DNA from: Actinomycetota bacterium
GTDB taxonomy: Bacteria; Actinomycetota; CADDZG01; JAHWKV01; JBOGWP01
NCBI GenBank assembly: GCA_050693875.1
Contig: JBOGWP010000131.1
Span: forward strand, 1-62,325
Length of the DNA stretch: 62,325 nt
Direction: 5' to 3'
A program made the position numbers and the translations under genes. The notes under the pieces are model-generated. The model saw nothing but the letters and a program-made list of their open reading frames with translations. It was not told the DNA's origin and did not search any database. The first letter of the stretch is position 1, and each line of letters starts with the position of its first letter. Shown one piece after another: positions 1-12,574 of the stretch.

Positions 1-103
1 GCCCGGGCAGGTCGCAGAAGCGGAGGTCGACCATCTCGACCCCCTCGTTCTTGATCATGCTCACCACTTCAGCGGGACTGGTCGGTCTCGTTTCGCTTGC
101 CAT
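1..103 (-). CDS. glnA: glutamine synthetase type I, first 34 codons only (gene runs off the left edge)
   Basis: Minus-strand ATG at 103 is preceded by GGGGAGGAG. The translation MASETRPTSPAEVVSMIKNEGVEMVDLRFCDLPG ends in the conserved GS-I N-terminal VDxRFCDLPG motif. It lies downstream of amtB-glnK-glnD. Confidence 0.7.
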   Translation of the reverse strand, partial: MASETRPTSPAEVVSMIKNEGVEMVDLRFCDLPG

Positions 104-184
104 TACTCCTCCCCTGGATCTCGAACGTCGTGGTCAACGGGTTGCGCGAATGCGGGCGATCATCGTCGCATCCCCACGTTCCGT

Positions 185-2903
<2,719 letters not shown>

Positions 2904-4217
2904 CTAGCTTTTCACCCGGGGCTTCTTCTTCGCAGGGGATGCGGACGCAGGAGCGGAATGCGCGGCACTCATTCCCGACTCGCCGAAAGCGTAGCCCGTC
3001 TCGGCATGCTGCGTGAGATCCAGCCCGGTGTACTCGTCATCCTGCGTCACTCGCAATCCGACGATCACGTCAACCACTTTCAGGATGATCATCGTGGCGA
3101 CGAACGAGAAGACGATCGTCGCACCCACCGCGATCACCTGCTTTCCGAACTGGGCGGCGTTTCCGTAGAGGAGGCCGTCGGCCCCCGCTTCGTTGATCGC
3201 GGTCGTCGCGAAGATTCCTGTCAGGAGCGCCCCGACCATCCCGCCGACGGCGTGGACGCCGACGACGTCGAGGGAGTCGTCGTAGCCGAGCTTCGGCTTC
3301 AGAGCCACCGCTCCGTAGCACACGATCCCGGCCGCCAGCCCGATCACCACGGCCGCCCACGGCTCCACATAGCCGGATGCGGGGGTGATCGCCACGAGGC
3401 CCGCCACCGCCCCGGTCGCCGCGCCGACCGTCGTCGGGACCTTGTTCCGCAGCCACTCCGGGATCAGCCAGCCGAGCACGGCCGCCGCGGCGCCGAGGTG
3501 GGTGTTGATGAAGGCGCTGGTGGCGAGCGCCCCGGAGGCGAGCGCGCTCCCGGCGTTGAATCCGAACCACCCGAACCACAGGATGGCCGCGCCGGTCACG
3601 ACCATCGGGATGTTGTGCGGATGGAAGGCCTCCTTCCCGTAGCCGGTCCGGCGCCCCATGTAGAGGATGGCCGCCAGCGCCGCGACGCCGGCATTGATGT
3701 GCACGACGGTGCCGCCGGCGAAGTCCAGTGCGCCGACGTTGCCCTCCCCGACCCCCAGCCATCCCCCGCCCCAGACCCAGTGGGCAACCGGCGAGTAGAC
3801 GAGCAGAGACCAGAGGCCGAGGAAGAGGATGTAGCCGGAGAACTTCATGCGCTCGGCGAACGCGCCGGTGATCAGCGCCGGCGTGATCACGGCGAACATC
3901 ATCTGAAAGATCATGTAGGCGCCGTGGGGGACGGTCGGCGCCAGCGGGGACGGCTTTGCCCCGACCCCGTCGAGGAAGAGGAAATCGAGCCCGCCGATGA
4001 CCTTGCCCTGGTCGGATCCGAAGCCGAGGGTGTAGCCCGCGACCATCCAGAGAACCGACACGAGGCCGAGCGCGAAGAACGAATGCATGATCGTCCCCAG
4101 GACGTTCTTCGCGCGCACGAGCCCGCCGTAGAACAGCGCAAGCCCGGGCGTCATGAACATGACCAGCGCGCTGCTTGCCAGCAGCCATGCGGTGTCCCCG
4201 GTGTTGATCTCGGCCAC
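2904..4217 (-). CDS. amtB: ammonium transporter
   Basis: 438 codons from GTG 4217: VAEINTGDTAWLLASSALVMFMTPGLALFYGG..., the Amt/MEP multi-TM signature. The upstream 596 codons of the 1034-aa track ORF are Arg/Pro-rich read-through and are not counted as coding. Confidence 0.92.
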   Translation of the reverse strand: MAEINTGDTAWLLASSALVMFMTPGLALFYGGLVRAKNVLGTIMHSFFALGLVSVLWMVAGYTLGFGSDQGKVIGGLDFLFLDGVGAKPSPLAPTVPHGAYMIFQMMFAVITPALITGAFAERMKFSGYILFLGLWSLLVYSPVAHWVWGGGWLGVGEGNVGALDFAGGTVVHINAGVAALAAILYMGRRTGYGKEAFHPHNIPMVVTGAAILWFGWFGFNAGSALASGALATSAFINTHLGAAAAVLGWLIPEWLRNKVPTTVGAATGAVAGLVAITPASGYVEPWAAVVIGLAAGIVCYGAVALKPKLGYDDSLDVVGVHAVGGMVGALLTGIFATTAINEAGADGLLYGNAAQFGKQVIAVGATIVFSFVATMIILKVVDVIVGLRVTQDDEYTGLDLTQHAETGYAFGESGMSAAHSAPASASPAKKKPRVKS

Positions 4218-4412
4218 CTGCCACCCCCGATCGTCGTGCCCCGCCGAGTTGGCAGGGCGTGCTGCCCGGAATTTATGAAAACGTGTCGGCGGTGTAAACA
4301 AGCTGCTGCGCAACCGGTGGTCACCATTGCCGCCGCCGGCGGTCGGAGATCCTGGGCCGGCCGCGGCCGAGCCCGTCCACCGGGCTTCACCTTTCACACC
4401 CGAAGCGCCAAG

Positions 4413-5378
4413 ATGGAGGGGATGAGGCGCCTCCGTAGGCTCGCGCGCGTCTCCGCGATCGCCGCGGTGGCCATGGTCGCCGTGCTGGCGCTGCCGCTCG
4501 GCGCCGGCGCCAAGGAGGAGTCCCGCGACTGGCAGCAGTTCCGCGGCCCGATCGAGGTGCGAGAGGGTGAGACCGTGGGCAACGTCAACGCCTTCAGCGG
4601 TCCCATCACGATTCGGGGACGGGTGGAGGGCGACGTTGCGGTGTTCCGGGGTCCGGTCGAGATCTGGGGCGAGGTTCGGGGCGACGTCGTTTCGTTGCGC
4701 GGCCCGGTCACGCTGCATGAGGGGGCCCGGGTTCGAGGCGAGGTGATTCACGGTGGCCGGCTCACGGTCGCTCCCGGCGCGGTCGTCGAGGGCAGGTCCC
4801 ACCGGGTCGATCTCGGCTCGATCGGGCGGCGCGCCGGGACGGTGACGTTGCCTACCCGAACGATCGGCCGGCTGGGCTGGTGGGTGGGCATCTCGGTACT
4901 CACGCTCGCGCTCGGATTCATCGTGCTCGCGCTCGGGCCGAGGGCGCAGGAAGCGCTCGTCGAGGCCGCCCGGTCGCACCTCGGGCGCTCGATCGCGTGG
5001 GGAGCCGCCCTCTGGGTCGGCCTGCCGGTCCTCACCGTCGGGTCGTTCATCACCCTGATCGGCATCCCCCTCGGCTTGGCGCTGGGCATCGCGATGACGA
5101 TCCTCTATCCGTTCGCCTACGCGGTGAGCGAATGGGTGTTGGGGCGTTTGCTCATCCGGGGGCAGGGCAGGCCGATCGCAGCACTCCTTGCCGGGTGGGC
5201 GATCCTGCGCGCCCTCGCGTTGGTCCCCGTGGTGGCTGGGGCGGTGTGGCTCGTCGCCACCCTGTTGGGTCTCGGCGTGTGCGCTGTGGCGGTTCGGGCG
5301 GCGCGGCGTCCGAGCCCCGCCGTGCCCGGCTCCCCCGCCGGGGTAGGCTCGGCAGCGCCGCCCGCGGCCGGAGCCTGA
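4413..5378 (+). CDS. membrane protein with N-terminal signal peptide, bactofilin-like beta-helix repeats and a C-terminal multi-TM region
   Basis: ATG 4413 lies in frame inside the 2316..5378 ORF. The product starts MEGMRRLRRLARVSAIAAVAMVAVLALPLGAGA, continues with G-x-V-x-GDV type repeats (RGRVEGDVAVFRGPVEIWGEVRGDVVSLRGPVTL) and then has 4-5 hydrophobic helices. Confidence 0.7.
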   Translation: MEGMRRLRRLARVSAIAAVAMVAVLALPLGAGAKEESRDWQQFRGPIEVREGETVGNVNAFSGPITIRGRVEGDVAVFRGPVEIWGEVRGDVVSLRGPVTLHEGARVRGEVIHGGRLTVAPGAVVEGRSHRVDLGSIGRRAGTVTLPTRTIGRLGWWVGISVLTLALGFIVLALGPRAQEALVEAARSHLGRSIAWGAALWVGLPVLTVGSFITLIGIPLGLALGIAMTILYPFAYAVSEWVLGRLLIRGQGRPIAALLAGWAILRALALVPVVAGAVWLVATLLGLGVCAVAVRAARRPSPAVPGSPAGVGSAAPPAAGA

Positions 5379-5427
5379 ACGAGTACGCTCTGGGCCTGAC
5401 CTCTGCCGGGCGTCGGCAGGGGAGCGC

Positions 5428-6819
5428 GTGAAGGGCGCGGCGGTGGGTGACGAGCGCCGGCGAGGCGGGCTGTTCGGCAAGCGAGGACAGGGCTCCCCGC
5501 CCGAGACCCGTCGCGCCGACGCGGTCCGCCAGGTGGTCAAGGCCGCCGCCGACCAGGAGATCGGGTTCCTGCGGCTGTGGTTCACCGATGTCCTCGGCTT
5601 CCTGAAGTCCTTCGCCATCCCGGCCGAAGAGCTCGACAAGGCCTTCGAGAAGGGGGTGATCTTCGACGGCTCGGCCATCGAGGGATTCGCCCGGAGGCGG
5701 GAGCTCGACCTGGTCGCCCGTCCCGACCCATTCACCTTCCAGCTGCTGCCCTGGGGCGGCTCCTCTCCCACTGCGTCGATGTTCTGCGACATCTCGACGC
5801 AGGAGGGCGACAACTTCCCCTCCGATCCGAGGGCGGTGCTGCGGCGGCAGGTCGAGAGGTACGAGGGCCTCGGCCTGGTGCCCCACTTCGGCCCCGAGAT
5901 CGAGTTCTTCCTGCTCCGCAACGACACCGGGGTGGAGCTTCTCGACCGCGGGACGTACTTCGACGTCACGACCATCGACGTCTCGAGCGACTTCCGCCGG
6001 ACGGTCATCCGCTACCTCGAGCAGCTCGGCATCCCGGTGGAGGCGTCGCACCACGAGGTGGCGCCGAGCCAGCACGAGATCGACCTTCGGTTTGCCGACG
6101 CGCGCACGATGGCCGACGCGGTGATGACCTTCCGTCTGACGGTGAAGGAGGTCGCCCGCGAGTTCGGGATCTACGCCACGTTCATGCCGAAGCCGTTGGA
6201 GGGCGCATGGGGGAGCGGCATGCACCTGCACGTCGCGCTCACCCGCGACGATCGAAGCGCCCTCGCCGGCGATCATCCATCGGGGCTCTCGGCGGAGGGG
6301 GAGGCCTTCGTCGCCGGGCTGCTCCGTCACGCGCCCGGGATCACCGCCATCACCAATCAATGGGTCAACTCATACAAGCGGCTCGTTCCGGGCTATGAGG
6401 CCCCCGTCCACGTGTCGTGGGGGCGTACCACCCGGTCCGCCCTCGTGCGCGTCCCTCCGTCCCCTGCGGGCGCCACCCATATCGAGCTGCGCTCACCGGA
6501 CGCCGGCTGCAACCCCTACCTCGCCTTCGCGGTCATCCTCGCCGCCGGTCTCGACGGCATTTCTTCGGGCGCCGCGCTTCCGCCGGAGGCACCGGATCTC
6601 GAGAACGGGTCATCGGAGGAGCTCAACGGGTCGGGGATCGCCCCGCTGCCCGAGACGCTGGCCGACGCGGTCGCGGAGATGGAGCGAAGCGAGCTCGTGG
6701 CGTCCGTCCTCGGCGACCACATGCTCGAATGGTTCATTCGCAACAAGCTCGAGGAGTGGGAGCAGTACCGGACGCGGGTCACTCCGCTCGAGCTCGAGCG
6801 CTACCTGCCGGTCCTCTGA
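5428..6819 (+). CDS. glnA2: glutamine synthetase, GlnA2-type
   Basis: FLRLWFTDVLGFLKSFAIPAEELDKAFEKGVIFDGSAIEGFAR closely resembles mycobacterial GlnA2 as I remember it. The GS catalytic domain is full length. The start could instead be GTG 5533. Confidence 0.88.
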   Translation: MKGAAVGDERRRGGLFGKRGQGSPPETRRADAVRQVVKAAADQEIGFLRLWFTDVLGFLKSFAIPAEELDKAFEKGVIFDGSAIEGFARRRELDLVARPDPFTFQLLPWGGSSPTASMFCDISTQEGDNFPSDPRAVLRRQVERYEGLGLVPHFGPEIEFFLLRNDTGVELLDRGTYFDVTTIDVSSDFRRTVIRYLEQLGIPVEASHHEVAPSQHEIDLRFADARTMADAVMTFRLTVKEVAREFGIYATFMPKPLEGAWGSGMHLHVALTRDDRSALAGDHPSGLSAEGEAFVAGLLRHAPGITAITNQWVNSYKRLVPGYEAPVHVSWGRTTRSALVRVPPSPAGATHIELRSPDAGCNPYLAFAVILAAGLDGISSGAALPPEAPDLENGSSEELNGSGIAPLPETLADAVAEMERSELVASVLGDHMLEWFIRNKLEEWEQYRTRVTPLELERYLPVL

Positions 6820-6866
6820 GGCCACCATGCGCCGAGCGTCCTCGCTCGTGCCCGGTCATGGTGGCC
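6820..6866 (+). terminator. long GC-rich stem-loop immediately after the glnA2 stop
   Basis: Perfect 10-bp arms GGCCACCATG (6820-6829) and CATGGTGGCC (6857-6866) enclose an inner CGAGCG/CGCTCG stem. There is no clear U-tract. Confidence 0.45.
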
Positions 6867-7121
6867 GAAATCGCGGACGACCTCGGGAGCATTTCGAGGC
6901 CATTTCAGACGCAAACCTCTACCGAATGCCACGCGCGCCGCTGTGGCTCTCGGCCCCTCGCATCGTGCCGACATGCCTCGGCCCCCCACTCATGGAGCGC
7001 ATTGACCGTCGAGCGTGGTGGCGTCCTCCACTCGCTTGTAGGCTTCGAAGTCTGCGTGCGCTCGAGTCCCCACTCGCCGGTCGGCCCTGCGTTGGGACAG
7101 ACGTCGCGTTCATTGGCCCTG

Positions 7122-7949
7122 ATGCAGGTCGATATGCTCCCCGACATGTCCACACCGCTGGCGATCGAGCGAGTCGGCACCGTCGCACTCGTCACGATGC
7201 AACGGCCTGAGGTCCGCAACGCGATGAACGCCCGGATGCTGCGCGCCCTTCTGGCCGAGCTGCGCGCGCTTGCCGGCGACGATTCGGTGAACGTGCTTGT
7301 CGTCACCGGCGCGGGGGCCGCGTTCTCCGGGGGCGCAGACCTATCCGAGGAGCTCGACGAGGACGCCGGCCGCATGCGCACGTCCCTGTTTTGCGACCTC
7401 TTCGAGCTCGTCACCACCTATCCGAAGCCGGCGGTTGCCGCGGTGGCCGGCGCCTGCGTCGGCGGGGGAGCCGAGCTGGCCGCGGCCTGTGACCTGCGGG
7501 TCGGGACGCCCTCGGCACGCATCCGCTTCCCGGGTGCCTCCCTCGGGGCCCCCGTCGGAGCCGCCCGGCTTCCCCTCCTCGTCGGCCTCTCGCATGCGAA
7601 GGACCTCCTGCTCACCGCTCGAACGATCGACGCCGAGGAGGCATACCGGATCGGATTTCTCAACCGACTTGTGGCCGAGGATGAGCTGTTGGATGGCGCG
7701 GTTGCGCTTGCCGAGTCGATTGCGGCTAATGGGGGAGCTGAGATGCAAAAGCGAGCCCTCGAAGAGACGTCGATCCTGCAAGAGCGCGTCTGGGAGGAGA
7801 GCCGGCGGATGCGGCGATCTCGGGCCGGAGCAAACGTCCCCGGGGGGGGGAGCGGTTCAGGGAAACGCGGGTCGCGAAAGGTGAGCAATCGACAGAAAAG
7901 GCGCCTAGGACCTCAAGGGGAAGCACGGCCCAAGACACCTCTTCTGTGA
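7122..7949 (+). CDS. enoyl-CoA hydratase/isomerase (crotonase) family protein
   Basis: Crotonase motifs: VALVTMQRPEVRNAMN, VVTGAGAAFSGGADL, ACVGGGAELAAACDLRV. The C-terminal 35 aa after a G9 run look atypical. Alternative starts at 7134 and 7146. Confidence 0.8.
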   Translation: MQVDMLPDMSTPLAIERVGTVALVTMQRPEVRNAMNARMLRALLAELRALAGDDSVNVLVVTGAGAAFSGGADLSEELDEDAGRMRTSLFCDLFELVTTYPKPAVAAVAGACVGGGAELAAACDLRVGTPSARIRFPGASLGAPVGAARLPLLVGLSHAKDLLLTARTIDAEEAYRIGFLNRLVAEDELLDGAVALAESIAANGGAEMQKRALEETSILQERVWEESRRMRRSRAGANVPGGGSGSGKRGSRKVSNRQKRRLGPQGEARPKTPLL

Positions 7950-8009
7950 AGGAAATAGTAACCAGGGGAAACAGGCCGTGCAAGATGTTTCTTCCAACCC
8001 CATGAAGGG

Positions 8010-8035
8010 CGCGCGCGAAGGCCCCGCCGCGCGCG
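8010..8035 (+). terminator. candidate intrinsic terminator hairpin
   Basis: CGCGCGCG (8010-8017) pairs with CGCGCGCG (8028-8035) across a 10-nt loop and is followed by GTCTTTGTG. Confidence 0.35.
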
Positions 8036-8041
8036 GTCTTT

Positions 8042-8866
8042 GTGCCCGAAGCTAGGACCGGAATGTCCGGAGGACAACTGCTTGGGCCCGGCGAACGGGT
8101 GCTGCTGATCGATGGGCGCAGTCGCCGCTATCTGATCACCCTCCAGGTGGGGGGTGCGTTCCATTTCCATCGAGGAATCGTCGCCCACGACGACCTGATC
8201 GGCGGGCCGCAGGGCCGGGTCGTGCGCTCCACTGGCGGGGAGGCAGTGCTGGTGGTGCGCCCGACGCTGGCCGACTTCGTTCTCAAGATGCGCCGGGGCG
8301 CCCAGGTGGTCTATCCCAAGGACCTGGCCATGATCATGCTCCTCGGCGACGTCTTCCCGGGCGCCGTCGTGGTCGAGGCGGGGGCCGGATCCGGAGCTCT
8401 GACCATGGCGCTCCTCCGGGCGGTCGGTCCCCAGGGGCGGGTGATCACCTACGAGGTGCGGGAGGAGTTCGCCACGCTCGCGCGGGGCAACGTCGAGGCG
8501 TTTCTGGGCGAAGTGCCCAACCTGGAGGTCCGCCTGGGAAGCGTCTACGACGCGATCGACGCCCAGGGAGTCGATCGCGTCGTGCTCGACTTGCCCGAGC
8601 CGTGGCGGGCGGCGCCGCACGCCGCCGGGGCGCTGCACAGCGGCGGAATCCTGGTCTCGTACCTGCCCACCACGCTCCAGGTGCACCGCCTGACCGCAGC
8701 CCTGCGTGAGGATCCCCGGTGGGCTCTGATCGGGTCCCAGGAGACCCTGGTGCGCACCTGGCACGTGGAGGCGACCTCCGTGCGTCCGGACCACCGGATG
8801 GTCGGCCACACCGGATTCCTGACCGTGGCCCGGCGTATCCAGCCACCTCCCAGAGAGGCCTCCTGA
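8042..8866 (+). CDS. trmI: tRNA (adenine58-N1)-methyltransferase
   Basis: TrmI/GCD14-like sequence (YPKDLAMIMLLGDVFPGAVVVEAGAGSGALTMALLRAVGP). It occupies the conserved actinobacterial position upstream of arc. ATG 8063 is an alternative start. Confidence 0.85.
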   Translation: MPEARTGMSGGQLLGPGERVLLIDGRSRRYLITLQVGGAFHFHRGIVAHDDLIGGPQGRVVRSTGGEAVLVVRPTLADFVLKMRRGAQVVYPKDLAMIMLLGDVFPGAVVVEAGAGSGALTMALLRAVGPQGRVITYEVREEFATLARGNVEAFLGEVPNLEVRLGSVYDAIDAQGVDRVVLDLPEPWRAAPHAAGALHSGGILVSYLPTTLQVHRLTAALREDPRWALIGSQETLVRTWHVEATSVRPDHRMVGHTGFLTVARRIQPPPREAS

Positions 8867-9108
8867 TCGCGGCCGGTCCGCGCGTCACCAGAGCAGGCGA
8901 GGCATAACTCCGGCGGTCGGCCTGAACGGACGGTTCGCGGGAACGCAAGCCAAGCGAGCAAAAGAAACGAGGCCGATTGCCCTCATGCGGCAGCCAGCCT
9001 GAGCCGATAATCCCGATGGATGCATTTCGCCCCCGCCTATACTTGAGGCCGTGCTATGGCAGGCAACCGAGCGGTCGCCGGGCCGGGTGTTTCCCGGTGG
9101 TAGGAGAC

Positions 9109-10866
9109 ATGCCCCGGCCGTCTGAGTACGAGCGGCGGATCGCCGGCTACGAACGCGAGGTCGGCGAGCTCCAGATGCAGGTGAAGCTCCTTGAGGAGGA
9201 GTCTGGAGTTCTCCGAGCCAGGCTGCTCGATGCCCCCATCAGAATTCGCAAGCTCGAGGAACAGCTCGAAGAGGTCCGGCTCGAGCTCGTCGGGTCGCAG
9301 GGCCAGTCCGAGCGGATGGCCGGGCTCCTCAAGCAAGCCCGTGAGCAGATCGTCTCCCTCCGCGAGGAGGTCGAGAAGCTCTCGGCTCCTCCGTCGACGT
9401 ACGGCGTCTTCATGGAGGCCAACGACGACGGAACGATCAACGTGTTCACCGGGGGCCGGAAGGTCCGGGTGAACGTCGCGCCGAGCATCGAGGCGGAGCA
9501 GCTGACCAAGGGCCAGGAGCTGATGCTCAACGAGGCGCTCAACGCGGTGAAGATATGCGGCTACGAGCTCCAGGGTGAGGTGGTCACGCTGAAGGAGCGA
9601 CTCGACGCGGAGCGCGGCATCATCCTGTCGCACGCCGACGAGGAGCGGGTGGCGCAGGTGTCCGAACCGCTCAAGGCCGAGCTGCTTCGGGCGGGCGACT
9701 CGCTGCTGATGGACGTGAAGTCCGGGTACCTCCTCGAGAAACTCCCGAAGCCCGAGGTCGAGGAGCTGATCCTCGAAGAGGTCCCCGATATCACCTACGA
9801 CCAGATCGGAGGGCTCGACAACCAGATCGAGCAGCTCCGCGACGCGGTCGAGCTCCCCTTCCTGCACGCCGACCTCTTCGCAGAGCACCAGCTGACCCCA
9901 CCCAAGGGGGTTCTGCTCTACGGCCCTCCCGGGTGCGGCAAGACGCTCATCGCCAAGGCGGTGGCCAACTCGCTCGCCAAGCGCAGCGTCGAGGTGACCG
10001 GACGCGAGGACATCCGTGCCTACTTCCTCAACATCAAGGGCCCCGAGCTGCTCAACAAGTACGTGGGGGAGACCGAGCGCCAGATCCGCCTGATCTTCCA
10101 GCGGGCGAAGGAGAAGTCGCAGGAGGGCGTCCCGGTCATCGTCTTCTTCGACGAGATGGAGTCGCTGTTCCGCACCCGAGGGTCGGGCATCTCGAGCGAC
10201 ATCGAGAACACGATCGTCCCGCAGCTCCTCTCCGAGATCGACGGGGTGGAGTCGCTGAAGAACGTGATCGTCGTGGGTGCGTCCAACCGTGAAGATCTCA
10301 TCGACCCGGCGATCCTGCGTCCCGGCCGCCTGGACGTGAAGATCAAGATCGAGCGTCCCGACCAGGGCGCGGCGAAGGCGATCTTCTCCAAGTACCTGGT
10401 GCCCGAGATCCCCATCCACCCCGGCGAGCTGACCCGCCACGGCAAGGACCTGAGGGCGGCGATCGAATACATGATCAACGCCACTGTCGAGGAGATGTAC
10501 GCGATCAGCGAGACCAACCGCTTCCTCGAGGTCACCTACGCCAACGGCGACAAGGAGATCCTCTACTTCAAGGACTTCGCCTCGGGCGCCATGATCGAGA
10601 ACATCGTGCGCCGGGCGAAGAAGATCGCCATCAAGCGCCTGATCGCCACCGCCGAGAAGGGCATCACCACCGAGGACCTGATCAACTCGATCCAGCAGGA
10701 GTACCGTGAGAACGAGGACCTGCCCAACACGACGAACCCCGACGACTGGGCGAAGATCTCCGGGAAGAAGGGCGAGCGGATCATCTACGTGCGCACGCTG
10801 GTGGGCGAGGGGAAGAAGGCCGACTCACGAGCGGTGGAGCGGGTCCGAACCGGTCAGTATCTCTGA
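9109..10866 (+). CDS. arc: proteasome-associated AAA ATPase ARC/Mpa
   Basis: ATG 9109 follows GGAG. N-terminal coiled coil, Walker A GPPGCGKT, and the C-terminal tail ...RTGQYL typical of Mpa/ARC. Confidence 0.93.
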   Translation: MPRPSEYERRIAGYEREVGELQMQVKLLEEESGVLRARLLDAPIRIRKLEEQLEEVRLELVGSQGQSERMAGLLKQAREQIVSLREEVEKLSAPPSTYGVFMEANDDGTINVFTGGRKVRVNVAPSIEAEQLTKGQELMLNEALNAVKICGYELQGEVVTLKERLDAERGIILSHADEERVAQVSEPLKAELLRAGDSLLMDVKSGYLLEKLPKPEVEELILEEVPDITYDQIGGLDNQIEQLRDAVELPFLHADLFAEHQLTPPKGVLLYGPPGCGKTLIAKAVANSLAKRSVEVTGREDIRAYFLNIKGPELLNKYVGETERQIRLIFQRAKEKSQEGVPVIVFFDEMESLFRTRGSGISSDIENTIVPQLLSEIDGVESLKNVIVVGASNREDLIDPAILRPGRLDVKIKIERPDQGAAKAIFSKYLVPEIPIHPGELTRHGKDLRAAIEYMINATVEEMYAISETNRFLEVTYANGDKEILYFKDFASGAMIENIVRRAKKIAIKRLIATAEKGITTEDLINSIQQEYRENEDLPNTTNPDDWAKISGKKGERIIYVRTLVGEGKKADSRAVERVRTGQYL

Positions 10867-10948
10867 GCCTGGGACACCCCGAGTGCATACGGCGGGGCCG
10901 AAAGCCCCGCCGTATGATTCCCGGACCAAGCGCCGAGGAGGGGAGCGC

Positions 10949-12436
10949 GTGGCGATTCCGAAGGTGATGGGGATCGAAACCGAATACGGGATCATCGCCA
11001 AGGGCTCCGAGGAGTACAACCCGATCCTCGCCTCGTCGGTGCTCATCAACGCCTACGCGTCACCGCGCCTGAAGCGGGTGCGGTGGGACTACGAGGAGGA
11101 GAACCCGCTCCGGGACGCCCGGGGATTCGAGCGCCCCGGGCTCGAGCCTCTCGAGGACGAGGGCGGCCTGGTCTCGGTGATCCTCGAGAACGGCGCACGC
11201 TATTACGTCGACCACGCCCACCCCGAGTACTCCACGCCCGAATGCACCAACGCCCGTGAGCTGGTGGTGCACGACAAGGCGGGGGAGCGGGTGCTGCTGA
11301 GGAGCATCCAGGAAGCCTCGTCGATCCTTGCCGCGGGCGACCGGATCCTGGTCTACAAGAACAACTCCGACGGCAAGGGGAACTCCTACGGCTGTCACGA
11401 GAACTACCTGATGGAGCGGGCGACCCCCTTCCCGCGCATCGTGCGCTTCCTCATGCCGTTCCTCGTGACGCGGCAGGTCTTCACCGGCGCCGGGAAGGTG
11501 GGGGCCGAGACCACCGGTGCCGCATCCGAGATCACCTACCAGATCTCTCAGCGGGCGGACTTCTTCGAAGTCGAGGTCGGGCTCGAGACCACCTTCAAGC
11601 GGCCCATCATCAACACCCGCGACGAGCCTCACGCCGATCCGGAGAAGTACCGTCGGCTCCACGTCATCGTGGGGGACGCCAACATGAGCGAGGTTGCGAC
11701 CTTCCTCAAGGCCGGCACGACGGCGATCGTGCTGCGGATGATCGAGGACGACTTCATCAGCGCCGACCTGTCCCTGGCCGAGCCGGTGGCGGCGCTGCGA
11801 GCGATCTCGCACGATCCGACCTGCCGTCGGTCCGTCTCGCTCGCCGACGGGAGGACGGTGACGGCGGTCGATCTGCAGTGGGAGTACCTCGACTGGGCCA
11901 AGAAATACCTGGCCGACCAGGAACCGGATCCGGTCACGACCGAGGTGACCCGGCGCTGGGAAGAGGTGCTGGCCGGTCTCGAGTCGGATCCGTTGCAGCT
12001 CGAGGGAAACCTCGACTGGGTCGCCAAGCTCACGATGCTCGAGGCCTACCGCGAGCGCCACGACCTCGAGTGGAACGACCCACGCCTGGCGCTGGTCGAT
12101 CTGCAGTATCACGACGTGCGGCCCGACAAGAGCCTGTACTCCAAGCTCGTGCAGCAGGGCCGGATCGAGCGGCTGGTGGGCGACGAGGACGTGGCGGAGG
12201 CGATGACCACCCCGCCGGCCGGCACGCGCGCCTGGTTCCGCGGGAACGCCCTCCGCCGGTTCTCCTCACAGATCACCACGGCCTCCTGGGACAGCCTCGT
12301 CTTCGACGTCGGGGGCGACGCCTTGCAGAAGGTGCCCATGCTGGAGCCGCTGCGCGGCACAAGAGAGGCGACCGAGGAGCTGCTCACGTCGGCCTCGTCC
12401 GCCGGGGAGCTGCTCTCGCGCCTGCAGGGCGCTTAA
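10949..12436 (+). CDS. dop: Pup deamidase/depupylase Dop
   Basis: MGIETEYG, RVRWDYEEENPLRDARGF, HENYL and NTRDEPHADPEKYRRLHVIVGD. The C-terminus SWDSLVFDVGGDALQKVPMLEPLRG matches Dop rather than PafA as I remember the two. GTG 10949 follows GAGGAGGGGAG. Confidence 0.88.
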   Translation: MAIPKVMGIETEYGIIAKGSEEYNPILASSVLINAYASPRLKRVRWDYEEENPLRDARGFERPGLEPLEDEGGLVSVILENGARYYVDHAHPEYSTPECTNARELVVHDKAGERVLLRSIQEASSILAAGDRILVYKNNSDGKGNSYGCHENYLMERATPFPRIVRFLMPFLVTRQVFTGAGKVGAETTGAASEITYQISQRADFFEVEVGLETTFKRPIINTRDEPHADPEKYRRLHVIVGDANMSEVATFLKAGTTAIVLRMIEDDFISADLSLAEPVAALRAISHDPTCRRSVSLADGRTVTAVDLQWEYLDWAKKYLADQEPDPVTTEVTRRWEEVLAGLESDPLQLEGNLDWVAKLTMLEAYRERHDLEWNDPRLALVDLQYHDVRPDKSLYSKLVQQGRIERLVGDEDVAEAMTTPPAGTRAWFRGNALRRFSSQITTASWDSLVFDVGGDALQKVPMLEPLRGTREATEELLTSASSAGELLSRLQGA

Positions 12437-12443
12437 GCTAAGC

Positions 12444-12467
12444 GTGGGGAGGGCAAGCCCTCCCCAC
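12444..12467. terminator. hairpin between the convergent dop and repeat-protein genes
   Basis: GTGGGGAGGG-CAAG-CCCTCCCCAC, a perfect 10-bp stem located 8 nt after the dop TAA. Confidence 0.6.
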
Positions 12468-12574
12468 AAACCCCTCGCAAACCCATGGTAGGTGTCGGTC
12501 GGGGGCCGGCGGAGCGCCCTCTTCAACCAGTGCTTCCAATGCCCGGCGACTCGGGAGGGCAGGTCCTCCCACCC

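Noticed and set aside
4270-4320. GlnR-type operator and -10 box (TAAATT on the minus strand; half-sites GTGTC-N7-TAAAC and GAAAAC) in the AT-rich amtB upstream region.
   Set aside because: The half-sites only loosely fit gTnAc-n6-GaAAc and their spacing is irregular. The evidence is not strong enough to call a feature without a genome-wide motif model.
4218-6008. The N-terminal 596 codons of the 1034-aa minus-strand ORF that ends as amtB.
   Set aside because: Only the last 438 codons look like an ammonium transporter, and they begin at a GTG with a typical Amt N-terminus. The upstream part is low-complexity and overlaps the plus-strand membrane protein and glnA2 genes.
12437-12574. A hidden pup gene after dop.
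   Set aside because: The spacer is 138 nt and mostly occupied by the terminator hairpin. No frame gives a peptide of about 60 aa ending in GGQ or GGE.
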